64,000 bases of DNA from an uncultured virus (IMG/VR IMGVR_UViG_3300032050_000032) (lineage: Duplodnaviria; Heunggongvirae; Uroviricota; Caudoviricetes): the IMG/VR virus record IMGVR_UViG_3300032050_000032. One strand, 5' to 3'. Both the position numbers and the translations under genes were made by a program. Positions 50,452-60,283 of the stretch are shown here, piece by piece (position 1 is the stretch's first letter; the number at the start of each line of letters is the position of its first letter). The notes under the pieces are model-generated. The model ran no database searches, was not told the DNA's origin, and was given only the letters and a program-made list of their open reading frames with translations.

Positions 50452-52329
50452 TTATCTCAATTCTCTTAAATCGAATGTACGAACTCCATCAACAGTGATA
50501 CGACCGTAGAAACGGTTATTAACCATTTTCTTAGCGTATCTTGTCATAATACCTTTGATAGGTGTGAAGTTGAACGGATTGTACATTGTAGGTGTCAATT
50601 GTAGAGGTACATACGGTGCGTAGATGTAACCTGTGTCAAGTAACGATGTTCCTTTGTGTCCAATCAAAACTTGGTTTGGTGGGAAGTAAGGATCACGATA
50701 CACTTGGTAACGTCCTGCTAAAGTACCAACTCTTTCGATACCCATGTTATACTGATCTTGCTCAGGAGATGCGTTAGATACGTGGAAGTATTCTAAATCA
50801 TCGAAGATTGCAGAAACCTCAGAAGATACAACGATCCAGTTAGCCCCACCTCTCAATGTTGATTTGTGGATTTGTGCTGACAATTGGTTAATCGCAGTAA
50901 TCAAAGTTTGGTTCCAATCTTTCTGAGTGTAAGATGTAGTTTGTTGGATTCTTCTCCATCCGTTGTAATCCCAACGAAGATTCCAAGCCGCTCCTTTTCT
51001 CAAGTCACGAAGAATTTCACGGTCGATTTCAGCTGCTACTTGTTCTGACAACAACGCTGTCAATTCAGCCTCTGCATCGATATTGTGGAATGCCGCAACA
51101 TCTTGAGCCATTTCAGGTGACCATTGTGCTCTTAGTTTTCTTTCAGATACAGAAACTGTAACAGATTCTAAATCAAAAGAAACCTCACCAATTTGATCTT
51201 GGAACTCAAGGTTCTCATAAGTTCTCCAAGCCGCGTAGAATGAAGTACCTGACGCCAAGTTAGCCGTCAATGTAGTTCCTGTGTAACCATCTAATGAAGT
51301 GTCACCACAGTCAGCACATGCTGGACAAGATAAATCTACTTCTAAATAGATACAACCATTACCATCACAGATGTTGTAGTAAGAACCACCATTACCTGTT
51401 TCAGGGAATGTAGTTCCTCGGTTAGAACCATATTTAACGATTCCTTTACCATATTGTTGAGTAACAACTCTAAACAATAGTGAATTTGGATTACCTTCAG
51501 CGTTATAAACAACATTACAAGGTGTTGTACCTGTTAAAGCAGCATTTCCTCTAGGTGCAAAAATTCTTAAGTCAGAAAGGAAAGTTTCAGAATCAACCTC
51601 ATTTCCATCAGGACCTATTAATTTTCCGTAACCTTCAATTTGATTCCATCCACAAAGTTTAACAATAACTTTTCTTACTTGAGAACCTGATGAGTAAACA
51701 TAATTATCCAAATCACCATTACTCCATGCTTGTACGCTAGTTTCAGCAGTTACCGCTGACCATTTTCCTTTTGAGTAATCAAACAATCCTGGAGGATCTA
51801 ATTGTCCTTCAGCACCTTCGTAGAATAAATCATAAAGATTTTTCTTATATGCATTTGCATTGTCAGGGTATCCAGCTCCAATTACTGATGAATCAACTGA
51901 TCCACCGTTGTTATTAGGTGCTCCTACAGGTGCGTAGTGTGAACCACCACCAACATAGTTATTTGCTGCAGTTTGTTCAGTTCCTGTTTCATAACCTTGG
52001 ATACGAGGTACGAAGTAGAACAATTTACCGATAGGTAAGTTCATTGCTTGTACTGATACGATATCGTTAGCCAACAATTTAGAGAAAACTCTTCTTACGA
52101 TAGGGAAAACAACTGTTTCGAACGCTCCGTTAGAACCTTCAGAAGTTGCTTCGTTAATTAAGAAAGAAGCTTGGTTTTCATACAACTGTGCTACATTTTC
52201 TTTTAGATGTCCTTTAAGTCCATCAAGGAACCCTAATTTGTCCCATTTGTTAATAGTATCTTCTTTGATAACTTTAAGGTGCTTTAACCCAATATTACCA
52301 ACAAGACCTGATTCTAATAATGCTCCCAT
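50452..52329 (-). CDS. Major capsid protein (T4 gp23 family)
   Basis: P..RRVF..L.A.DIVSVQ.M..P.G, RKLRAQWSPEMAQD, AEIDREI, YAPYVPL, F.P.KG.MTRY. Confidence 0.97.
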   Translation of the reverse strand: MGALLESGLVGNIGLKHLKVIKEDTINKWDKLGFLDGLKGHLKENVAQLYENQASFLINEATSEGSNGAFETVVFPIVRRVFSKLLANDIVSVQAMNLPIGKLFYFVPRIQGYETGTEQTAANNYVGGGSHYAPVGAPNNNGGSVDSSVIGAGYPDNANAYKKNLYDLFYEGAEGQLDPPGLFDYSKGKWSAVTAETSVQAWSNGDLDNYVYSSGSQVRKVIVKLCGWNQIEGYGKLIGPDGNEVDSETFLSDLRIFAPRGNAALTGTTPCNVVYNAEGNPNSLLFRVVTQQYGKGIVKYGSNRGTTFPETGNGGSYYNICDGNGCIYLEVDLSCPACADCGDTSLDGYTGTTLTANLASGTSFYAAWRTYENLEFQDQIGEVSFDLESVTVSVSERKLRAQWSPEMAQDVAAFHNIDAEAELTALLSEQVAAEIDREILRDLRKGAAWNLRWDYNGWRRIQQTTSYTQKDWNQTLITAINQLSAQIHKSTLRGGANWIVVSSEVSAIFDDLEYFHVSNASPEQDQYNMGIERVGTLAGRYQVYRDPYFPPNQVLIGHKGTSLLDTGYIYAPYVPLQLTPTMYNPFNFTPIKGIMTRYAKKMVNNRFYGRITVDGVRTFDLRELR

Positions 52330-52363
52330 TTTTTTTGGTTTTTTATTTGTTTTTAGTTTATTT

Positions 52364-53764
52364 TTATTTTAATTTTCCCATTAAATCTTTCATTCTCAAG
52401 AATTGTGGATTTTCATAAGTCTTAGATTCAATTAGATTTACTGCCGATCCACTTGATGGAGTCTTAACAACATTTCTTTCAATTGATTCTGTGATTGTGT
52501 TATCCGTAGTACTTGTGTTTGAAAGTTCGTTTTTAATAGATTTGTAAAGATTTTTTGATTCTTTAAGAGTATCTACACTGTCAAATCTTCTTAAGATGTT
52601 AATCTTTTCTTGTTTAGTTGTAGAATGTTCTGTAAACAATCTCGTAGCGTAAGCTAAGTTTGAATTGAATACCGCAACTTCATTTAACTTTGTTCTGAAA
52701 AGGTTAAGTGCCTTTCTATACTCTTCATTTTTTTCTCTAAGTAAGTTTAATTCACCGTCAGTAGATTCAACTCGTAAATGTCTTGGTGCTGCTTTAGGTT
52801 TGTCTAAACCTTTTCTACCAAATCTTTTACCTGAACCTAATGTTCTTGAAGCCTCTTTAGTCTCTACCTTTTTAATTGTTGTAGATTTTTTAGGTTCTTT
52901 ACCAGTGTTAACTTCCTCTTTATATTCAAATTTAGCTTTACCCATTCCAACACCTCTAGTTCCTTGTTTTTTCTTAACATCGAAACCACCTTCTTGGTTA
53001 GGTTTTTTACCGTATTTGAATTTTGATGCGTTACCCATTCCAACTCCTTTAGATTTGAATTTTGAGGATTCCATAACATACTCTTCTTCCATGTCGAAAT
53101 AATCATCTTCAATAGATTCCATGTCATCCATGTCAAGTTCTTCTTCTTCGTTACCCATGTCGTCAAGTTCTAACTCATAAATAACTCCTTCAGTTTCTTC
53201 GTCTCCAAAATCCATTTCGTCTTCAAAGCCCATTTCGTCTTCGTCTTCAAAATCCATTTCGTCATCGTACATTTCGTCCAATTCCATTTCGTCTTCGTCA
53301 GATTCTCCAAGTTGGATGATGTATTCTACATCTTCATTATCATCAGATAAATGTATCATTTCATCATCTTTTTTTACAATGATTCCATCTTCATCTCCCA
53401 TTGCCTTAAATACACGAAGAATTTCTTCATCTGAGGCTCCTGTTAAATCAATGGTATCATCTTCGACATCCATGTCCATATCCATATCTTCATCGTCGAA
53501 ATCCATATCAGTATTCACTTCCATGTCTTCATCGTCGAAATCCATATCCATTTCCATTTCGTCGTTATCAGCGTCGGTATCAACCTCAGCATCTAAATCA
53601 ATCTCATCTTCCTCTTCTTGTTCGTTCAGAGATTCTTTTACTAATTCTTTGATTTCTTGCTTCATTGTTGATGCAAGTATTCCTTGTGCGTTTTCCGCGA
53701 TAACATCCTCCAAATTCTTTAATTGGATAAATGTATCTTCTACTAATGATTCTTTTTTGCTCAT
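52364..53764 (-). CDS. Prohead core/scaffold protein (gp22-like position)
   Basis: Extremely acidic centre, coiled C-terminus, directly upstream of the MCP. Confidence 0.7.
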   Translation of the reverse strand: MSKKESLVEDTFIQLKNLEDVIAENAQGILASTMKQEIKELVKESLNEQEEEDEIDLDAEVDTDADNDEMEMDMDFDDEDMEVNTDMDFDDEDMDMDMDVEDDTIDLTGASDEEILRVFKAMGDEDGIIVKKDDEMIHLSDDNEDVEYIIQLGESDEDEMELDEMYDDEMDFEDEDEMGFEDEMDFGDEETEGVIYELELDDMGNEEEELDMDDMESIEDDYFDMEEEYVMESSKFKSKGVGMGNASKFKYGKKPNQEGGFDVKKKQGTRGVGMGKAKFEYKEEVNTGKEPKKSTTIKKVETKEASRTLGSGKRFGRKGLDKPKAAPRHLRVESTDGELNLLREKNEEYRKALNLFRTKLNEVAVFNSNLAYATRLFTEHSTTKQEKINILRRFDSVDTLKESKNLYKSIKNELSNTSTTDNTITESIERNVVKTPSSGSAVNLIESKTYENPQFLRMKDLMGKLK

Positions 53765-53858
53765 TATTTTTTGAATAGTTTTACAGATAAATACTTGACA
53801 TTTTCAAAAAAATCAGTTTAATACTATTTTTAGATAAAAAAAATTAAATTTTGAGCAT

Positions 53859-53887
53859 AAAAAAAGGATGAACATTTGTCCATCCTT
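53859..53887 (-). terminator. Rho-independent terminator
   Basis: Minus strand aaggatggaca-aa-tgttcatcctt (G-U pair only on minus) plus U-tract. Confidence 0.75.
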
Positions 53888-53907
53888 ATAATTTAATCTT
53901 TAGTAAT

Positions 53908-54123
53908 TTATTCAATTACTTCATCAATTTTACTCTCTGTAATTGAAGTGATTCTCCAATCCATTGTATAGTTTTCATATACTTTAGTAACTTTAGCTTC
54001 CACATCAGTTGGGGAATATCCCAAAACTAATTTTTCTTCTCTTACTTTTTTAACTTTACCCGATTCTGTATCTAACAAATCAGAAGTGATCTTTGCCACA
54101 AAATATTTTTCTCCTTGTTCCAT
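53908..54123 (-). CDS. Small protein resembling Bacteroidota DUF4494
   Basis: F.AKI....E.GK.KKV.E..LV...S.T..EA......I..I.E.KI.EV pattern, recalled from memory. Confidence 0.5.
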   Translation of the reverse strand: MEQGEKYFVAKITSDLLDTESGKVKKVREEKLVLGYSPTDVEAKVTKVYENYTMDWRITSITESKIDEVIE

Positions 54124-54129
54124 AAATTT

Positions 54130-54858
54130 TTATTTATCCAAATAATCGGATAAACGCTTCATTAAGTCAAGTGATTTGTTTCCCGTACTACCAACATTTC
54201 TTTCCACTGCCATTTTTTTATCTTCCTCAAGATTCTCGTCAAACTTCATTCTGTCGTTTTTATCTAAGAAAAGATATGCACCAGGAGTAGATGGTGATGA
54301 TACTAAGTCAAAACAAATTAATTCAAAATCATCCTGTACCTCATTTTGTTCTCCCACTTTTTTAAGTGAACCAACACCACGAGAAGAAATACCTAAAGTA
54401 ACTCCTTGTCTTAAATAGTTCGCCGCTAAATCTCCTTTAGTAGAACAGATACCACTTTCGTGAAATCCTGGACTTGTTAATAATTTTAACTTACCTAACA
54501 ATACAGGTCCATCCCACCATACTTCAGTAATTAAATGGGAAACTCTGTCTAAATCAATTAATGAAGATTCAGGGTGATTAAGTTCTGACAATGCAGTTCC
54601 CTTCTCAATCATCTTCTTATAATTTTCTGCTTCACGCTTTAATACTTTCTCAGGATATACTCTACCATTTCTATTTGGGGTATTGTATTTTTGTAACACC
54701 GCATAGAACTCAAATGGTTTTGAGTGATCTAAAAAGTTTTTAGATTCTTTAATTATATCTGAATTATATTTGTCTGAAGGATCAATATAACCGGCATCGT
54801 ATTCAATAAGAATTCCTCTGCCGGTTTCATTCGGTCCTAATATTCTGTTTTGGTTCAT
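54130..54858 (-). CDS. Prohead maturation protease (T4 gp21 family)
   Basis: NRNGRVYP, ELNHP, VSH.I, GISSRGVGS, FDLVSSPS. Confidence 0.93.
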   Translation of the reverse strand: MNQNRILGPNETGRGILIEYDAGYIDPSDKYNSDIIKESKNFLDHSKPFEFYAVLQKYNTPNRNGRVYPEKVLKREAENYKKMIEKGTALSELNHPESSLIDLDRVSHLITEVWWDGPVLLGKLKLLTSPGFHESGICSTKGDLAANYLRQGVTLGISSRGVGSLKKVGEQNEVQDDFELICFDLVSSPSTPGAYLFLDKNDRMKFDENLEEDKKMAVERNVGSTGNKSLDLMKRLSDYLDK

Positions 54859-54881
54859 ATCAAAAGTTTTCTATATAAATA

Positions 54882-55349
54882 TTAAACTTTCTCCATTTTT
54901 ACCTTTGGTTTTTTTATATTCCCGTTTTTTGTCAAATAAAATTTAAAATGTTCGTTCTTATTTAATACATCATCATAAACTCCTTTAATAATACTTTTTA
55001 ATTTTCTTTTTAGTTTCATGTCCTTGAAATCTACCTCATCTATTAAAAATAAGTTTATCTCAAGATTTAAGAATGATTTTTTCTTTATATGTAAACCACT
55101 TGTTCTTAAATCCATGTCCACAATAAATTTATCATCAAATAATGATTTATCTATATTGTCATAGACTGAATGTTTAATTGATCGGCACATATTTTGTGTA
55201 ATTCTTACCCAATTCTCATAGTCTTCTTTTGGTTCCACCCAAGTTTGTAAATTAAGATAAAGTGATTTAAATTCTTTTGAGTCTACCGTCCCATAGACTA
55301 CCTTTGATGTTCTAAAACCATTAATTTTGGCGGTTTTTCCTTTTTTCAT
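54882..55349 (-). CDS. Hypothetical phage protein
   Basis: 155 aa basic ORF, YGTVDSK..KSLY. Confidence 0.7.
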   Translation of the reverse strand: MKKGKTAKINGFRTSKVVYGTVDSKEFKSLYLNLQTWVEPKEDYENWVRITQNMCRSIKHSVYDNIDKSLFDDKFIVDMDLRTSGLHIKKKSFLNLEINLFLIDEVDFKDMKLKRKLKSIIKGVYDDVLNKNEHFKFYLTKNGNIKKPKVKMEKV

Positions 55350-55440
55350 AGATGTTTCTCATACTATCGCGTTTATTTTCCAAAAAAATAAGTATTTTTG
55401 TGATATATATCAAATACCAATAAACCAATAAAAAATTATA

Positions 55441-55626
55441 ATGTTAATAGTTAGAGTGAATAAAAATGGGGATATAGAGAAAGCCCTTAAAGAACTAAAA
55501 AGTAAAGTTATTAGGACTCGTCAAAATTCTCTACTCAATGGTAGAAAAGAATTTAAAAAGAAGTCAATCTCAAAACGAGAAATTAAGAACAGAGCTATTT
55601 ATCGTCAAAAATTTATGAACGATTAA
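55441..55626 (+). CDS. rpsU: Ribosomal protein bS21
   Basis: MLIV.V...DIEKALK..K.K..........R..F.K.S..KR.....A.Y.Q; 61 aa, basic. Confidence 0.85.
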   Translation: MLIVRVNKNGDIEKALKELKSKVIRTRQNSLLNGRKEFKKKSISKREIKNRAIYRQKFMND

Positions 55627-56339
55627 AGATTTTCATTCAATTTTTGTAACTTAAAATAACCAACCTTATCAAAAGATTCATTTTGAATTTTCTGTATTGT
55701 TTCGTCTATTTTAGAAGTTACATCATTATCTTGCTCGCTTTCTTGTAGTCTTTCTAATTTAGAAATTACTTTTCCTTTAAGGATTAAGTAAGACTCCTTT
55801 ATAGTTTCATCATCAGATGACAAAAGTTTTTTCAGTTCAGTTTTATCTGATTCGTTTAAACTTTCAATATAGTTTGATGCCGTTTTGTTTGCAACACTAA
55901 CCATAGTTTTTATTGGGACATTAATAATCTCTTTTTCTTTTTTTGGTTCTTTCTTTAGATTCTCTAAAATTGTATTTTTACTTTTAATTTTAGATTCTAA
56001 ATTTGTAACATTGTTAGAAAACAAATCATCTACCAATGTGTAGTTATTTTCACATTGTATGTGTCCCACCCACGATTGAATTTCTCTCAATTGGTTAGGG
56101 TTAATTTTATTGGTTAAATTTTCATAAACAATAATACTTTGATTTATATATTCACTAGCAATGGACTCATTAAGTCCTTTATTAGAATTTAACTCGTCAT
56201 ATAAATAAAACATTCTACTAATGTTTTTGTTTTTAAGTACCAACTCTTTAAAGATAAACATATTATCTTTTATTGATTCGTTCTTATATGACTCAATCAA
56301 TATATTTTCTATCTGTGATTTTAATAAACCAAATTTCAT
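55623..56339 (-). CDS. Hypothetical head-module protein
   Basis: 238 aa helical protein directly downstream of the portal. Confidence 0.7.
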   Translation of the reverse strand: MKFGLLKSQIENILIESYKNESIKDNMFIFKELVLKNKNISRMFYLYDELNSNKGLNESIASEYINQSIIVYENLTNKINPNQLREIQSWVGHIQCENNYTLVDDLFSNNVTNLESKIKSKNTILENLKKEPKKEKEIINVPIKTMVSVANKTASNYIESLNESDKTELKKLLSSDDETIKESYLILKGKVISKLERLQESEQDNDVTSKIDETIQKIQNESFDKVGYFKLQKLNENL

Positions 56340-56360
56340 AATCTTTTTTATTTATAAATA

Positions 56361-58187
56361 TCAATCTCTTAACAATTTGCTCAATTCATCCTCAATTGAA
56401 CCTAAAGAATTTCTCGCTCTACTTAAGTCAATGTACGAATCACCATGAATATCATCACTTTCTAATAAAATATTTAAATTATTTTTTTCTTTATTTTCAG
56501 GTAATGTTTCTCCTCCTGGTAGTGGTGGTTCCGCTCCTCCACCTGGCTCAGGACCCATCGGTGGCATTCCTCCACCCATAGGTGGTTCCCCTCCTCCTTC
56601 TGCTGGTGCCGCACCTGCAGTTTGAGTTGATCCTGATTTAGTTTTGTATAATTTATCAACAGTATCAAACATTCCTGTATGTGTAATAATTGTTGGTGTA
56701 TTTGTAAGTTCGGCAGCAACTGCTCTCTCTAATCTAATTTGTTGTACATCTAATTTAATATCCTCATCAGAGAAACCGAATATATGTTTCTTAGCCCAAG
56801 TTGCTGATGTTGGTTGAATTGTGTTTGGTATCTCAGTAACCAAATCTTTATATAAAAGAACTTTTTCTTTCCATACATCAACCATTAACAAATCGGCTTG
56901 TTTTGATGGGTTAGTAAGTCCTAATGTAAAGTTTTGTAACTCGTCTTCAAAACCTAATAAGAACAAGTGAATGATTGCAATTTTATTCATTTCTGCAATC
57001 ATACTTTTTTGAATTTTATTAATAGTCCTTGCAAAACGAATATCTTGTAATGATAGATTTTTACCGTCACCAACTACCTCTTCAAATCCTAAATATGCCT
57101 TTGGAACTCTCAATGCGGTTACCAATTTCTTTTGGATATATTCAATATCCGCAATTTCAGATAAGTTTTGAGCTCCTGGTAATGTCTCAATCGGCATTGT
57201 TTGTGTAGCATCTCTAACAGGTACAAAATAATCTTGATCCACCGCCATTTGGTTAAATCTTAAATCAACATTTCCTGTTTTTGAGTCAACCACTTGATCT
57301 CGTTTAAACTTATTTGCAACCCTTTGTACATATGGTTCAACATCCTTATCGTCCATGTTTCCAACAAACACTTTAAACACCCTTCTTTCAGGTGCTCTTG
57401 ATGTTCTATATATTAACATCGCATCTTCAGACAACATTAACTGTTTCCAAATTCTTCTTGCCTTCTCAAGCATAGATGTTCCATAAGGAAGTTTTCTATC
57501 GTCACCCAATAATCTAAAGTGAGCAACCTCCCAAGAATTAAATTCCATATCTTTAACCTTCCAATGAAATCTTAAACCTTTAGATTTGGGATCAACTTCA
57601 GCATTTGTTGATTTAGCTGCCATACCTCGCTCCAATCTTTCGATTTCAATGTTAGGTAATTGCATACAACCAACAATTCCTTTTTCAGGATCAAGTTTTA
57701 GATAAACAAAATTATCACCATACTTACAAGTGTTTCTTGTCCACATTGCAAGATTGGTATTAATATCCAATACATTATTAAACAAATCTGCTAATATTCC
57801 TTTTATTCTTTTTGATTCAGAATATATTTGGAGTATATACCCGTTTTGATCTGCGGTTGTCGATTCCTCAGAATAGATATCCAAAGCGGTAGAAATCTCA
57901 GGTGTAAATTCCATAGATTCATAATCATAAAATGAAGCCAATCTTGTTGGTTCATAATAAATCGCTTGTGTATATAGATTATTCTCAATTTTTGCCCATT
58001 GTCCTGATAGGTACAATGATTGTTGAGTTTGTAGTTTTTCAAGTTCGTATTCTTTCTTATCTGTAGTTCTTAATAACTCTGTCTTATCAAGTTTGTATGT
58101 TGGTAAATCTTGACCTAATAAAGAATTCGGACCAAATGCTTGAGATAATCTTTGCCAAATAGTTAGATTATTTTGATTTTGTTCCAT
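56361..58187 (-). CDS. Portal protein (T4 gp20 family)
   Basis: PEIS.ALDI, EDAMLIYRTSRAPERRVF...VGN, DYF.P, IETLPG, ALRVPK. Confidence 0.95.
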   Translation of the reverse strand: MEQNQNNLTIWQRLSQAFGPNSLLGQDLPTYKLDKTELLRTTDKKEYELEKLQTQQSLYLSGQWAKIENNLYTQAIYYEPTRLASFYDYESMEFTPEISTALDIYSEESTTADQNGYILQIYSESKRIKGILADLFNNVLDINTNLAMWTRNTCKYGDNFVYLKLDPEKGIVGCMQLPNIEIERLERGMAAKSTNAEVDPKSKGLRFHWKVKDMEFNSWEVAHFRLLGDDRKLPYGTSMLEKARRIWKQLMLSEDAMLIYRTSRAPERRVFKVFVGNMDDKDVEPYVQRVANKFKRDQVVDSKTGNVDLRFNQMAVDQDYFVPVRDATQTMPIETLPGAQNLSEIADIEYIQKKLVTALRVPKAYLGFEEVVGDGKNLSLQDIRFARTINKIQKSMIAEMNKIAIIHLFLLGFEDELQNFTLGLTNPSKQADLLMVDVWKEKVLLYKDLVTEIPNTIQPTSATWAKKHIFGFSDEDIKLDVQQIRLERAVAAELTNTPTIITHTGMFDTVDKLYKTKSGSTQTAGAAPAEGGGEPPMGGGMPPMGPEPGGGAEPPLPGGETLPENKEKNNLNILLESDDIHGDSYIDLSRARNSLGSIEDELSKLLRD

Positions 58188-58244
58188 ATTGACTATTTAA
58201 TTTTATTTATATAATTTTAATCACTTTTATCTATAAGTATAGAA

Positions 58245-58424
58245 TTAACTGTTAGATGTGGTTCCTGAACTTGTTGATTGTTCATTATATGTCTCAGGTA
58301 AAGAACCTTTTTTATTTGAGAATGTTATAACGAATTTTTTTGCACTCAAAATAGGTTGCCCAGGTACTATCATCGTACTGCCAGCAATAAGTTTACCTGA
58401 TTTTTTTCTACTTGATAATCCCAT
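58245..58424 (-). CDS. 59-aa hypothetical protein missed by the ORF track
   Basis: MGLSSRKKSGKLIAGSTMIVPGQPILSAKKFVITFSNKKGSLPETYNEQSTSSGTTSNS*; TATTTAT 13 nt upstream. Confidence 0.6.
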   Translation of the reverse strand: MGLSSRKKSGKLIAGSTMIVPGQPILSAKKFVITFSNKKGSLPETYNEQSTSSGTTSNS

Positions 58425-58444
58425 ACTATATTTTATTATAAATA

Positions 58445-60208
58445 TTATCTAATACCAAATAACCAACCATAGTTTTCATAATCCTTTCTACTAATACTTG
58501 AATTATCTCTAAATCTATCTTGATTCATATGTGGAATTACGGGATTAAAATCAATTACATTTTTAACTGATTCATTATTATTTACCGTCCAAGATTCTAA
58601 CATTGCTTTAGTTTGTTCAGTTACTTTCTCTAAACTTGAGAATGAGGACTCCCCAACATATAATGCCATTGATATGGACATAATTAAATCATCGTGATGT
58701 CCTTTTTGGTGATCCGGTCTACCATTCACATATACGAATGTATTCATTTCATTATATAACCTTGAACTATATATCCTAAACTTATGTCTCATTCCTTCCT
58801 CAAAAGCGGCAATTATTTGAACTCTTTTGTTATTAAAGTTGATGCCAGGAATTTTATCAAGGGCTTTTGGATTGTATTTCCAAGTATTATTTAAATCAAT
58901 ACCATCAACATACATATTTTTATATCCAAGTTCTTGTAATTTTCTTGATGTTGCAATTCCCATACCACCAGTGATATCAATTACAATATATGCTGAATAC
59001 ATATTTCCCCATTTATATGCAATTTCTGCCAATACATCAGGTGGAATTTTTCCAATGTATTCCAATACTTGTTCTCTTTCATCAAAATCAATGATTTGTA
59101 TTGTACTAAAATCCTCACTATCACCACGAGAAACATCAACCCCCATAATATATTTGTGCCCAACAATAGGTTCCTTCCATATCCATAGTGAATTTCCCAT
59201 CATTTTATTTTGGGGGTCTTTAACCATATTTTCACGAATAGTCTGTAACATCTTTGAATCAAACACATTATCTCCTGATCCAAGGAAGTTACATTCCAAC
59301 TCCTGAGAAACTTTTCGTTTATCATATTTAAGTTTCTTAACCATTCTTTCAAACCAATCTGAACAAGGTTTGTAACCTGAATCCATTATTGTTTTAAGAT
59401 CATCATAATTTCTTGTTTCAAATGGGATACCTTCCCAACTTAATATTTTATCTTCAGGATATTCTTCTTTATTTAACAAATAATGGATAATATCTTCAGT
59501 TTTAACCAAGTATAAATCTTTTGTGTAACGAGGATCTCTAAACCAATACATTTCTGTAATTTTAAAGTCGTTCATATTTCTTAATGCCTGATCATATATT
59601 TCATAGTAAATTGGATCATAACCATTCGGTGTTGATACCACGATTACTTTACCCCCTGTAGATAGGGATGCCATACAAGCCGCCCAAAAATCACTATCCG
59701 CCTCAATAAACGCCGCCTCATCAAATATAAGAACCGTAGGGGTAAATCCACGAAGGGCATCCTTTGATGTTGCAACCGCTTTAACTTCACATCCGTTATT
59801 TAATTTGTAGTGTTTTTGTGAATTTTTTTCTGCGGCAAAATCAATCCCAACCCATTTCGGCCATTGTCCAACAAACCCTCTAATCTTATTCGCCATCTCT
59901 AAAGAGGTGTCCAATTTGTTGGCAATAATTAGAATTTTTTCAGGTTTATTTTTCTTTGCGAACGCTAATTTTTTTGATACCCATGCCGCAGTTACGGTGG
60001 ATACACCCGCTTGACGATATTTTAATGCAATATTTTCGTTAAAACTTTCGTAATCATTTAATAATGAAACTTGATCGGGGAATAATTGTAATGGGACATA
60101 TTGTGATACCGTATTGTCGTAAGTTTGTAAATATGTTTTTAATGCGTATGGAGTATCCTTCATACATTTTACATACTCCAACATTACCTGTTCTTTAGTT
60201 AAACTCAT
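58445..60208 (-). CDS. terL: Terminase large subunit (T4 gp17 family)
   Basis: Start MSLTKEQ (ATG 60208); KYRQAGVST Walker A variant, LIFDEAAF Walker B, STPNG, QELEC.F, GVDVSRG..EDFS, HDDL. Confidence 0.95.
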   Translation of the reverse strand: MSLTKEQVMLEYVKCMKDTPYALKTYLQTYDNTVSQYVPLQLFPDQVSLLNDYESFNENIALKYRQAGVSTVTAAWVSKKLAFAKKNKPEKILIIANKLDTSLEMANKIRGFVGQWPKWVGIDFAAEKNSQKHYKLNNGCEVKAVATSKDALRGFTPTVLIFDEAAFIEADSDFWAACMASLSTGGKVIVVSTPNGYDPIYYEIYDQALRNMNDFKITEMYWFRDPRYTKDLYLVKTEDIIHYLLNKEEYPEDKILSWEGIPFETRNYDDLKTIMDSGYKPCSDWFERMVKKLKYDKRKVSQELECNFLGSGDNVFDSKMLQTIRENMVKDPQNKMMGNSLWIWKEPIVGHKYIMGVDVSRGDSEDFSTIQIIDFDEREQVLEYIGKIPPDVLAEIAYKWGNMYSAYIVIDITGGMGIATSRKLQELGYKNMYVDGIDLNNTWKYNPKALDKIPGINFNNKRVQIIAAFEEGMRHKFRIYSSRLYNEMNTFVYVNGRPDHQKGHHDDLIMSISMALYVGESSFSSLEKVTEQTKAMLESWTVNNNESVKNVIDFNPVIPHMNQDRFRDNSSISRKDYENYGWLFGIR

Positions 60209-60231
60209 AAAACCATTTAGCAATAAATATC

Positions 60232-60265
60232 AAAACCCCCAGTTATTTACATAAAAGGGGGTTTT
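60232..60265. terminator. Hairpin / probable terminator upstream of terL
   Basis: aaaaccccc-N16-gggggtttt. Confidence 0.6.
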
Positions 60266-60283
60266 ATTAATAATTTAAGTAGA

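Noticed and set aside
52665..53774. Plus-strand Ser-rich ORFs
   Set aside because: Antisense of the acidic scaffold gene
58258..58452. 64-aa plus-strand ORF
   Set aside because: Antisense to the better-supported 59-aa minus-strand ORF
50452..60208. Intron or intein in terL, portal or MCP
   Set aside because: Continuous ORFs of plausible size; no intein splice motifs or homing endonuclease recognised
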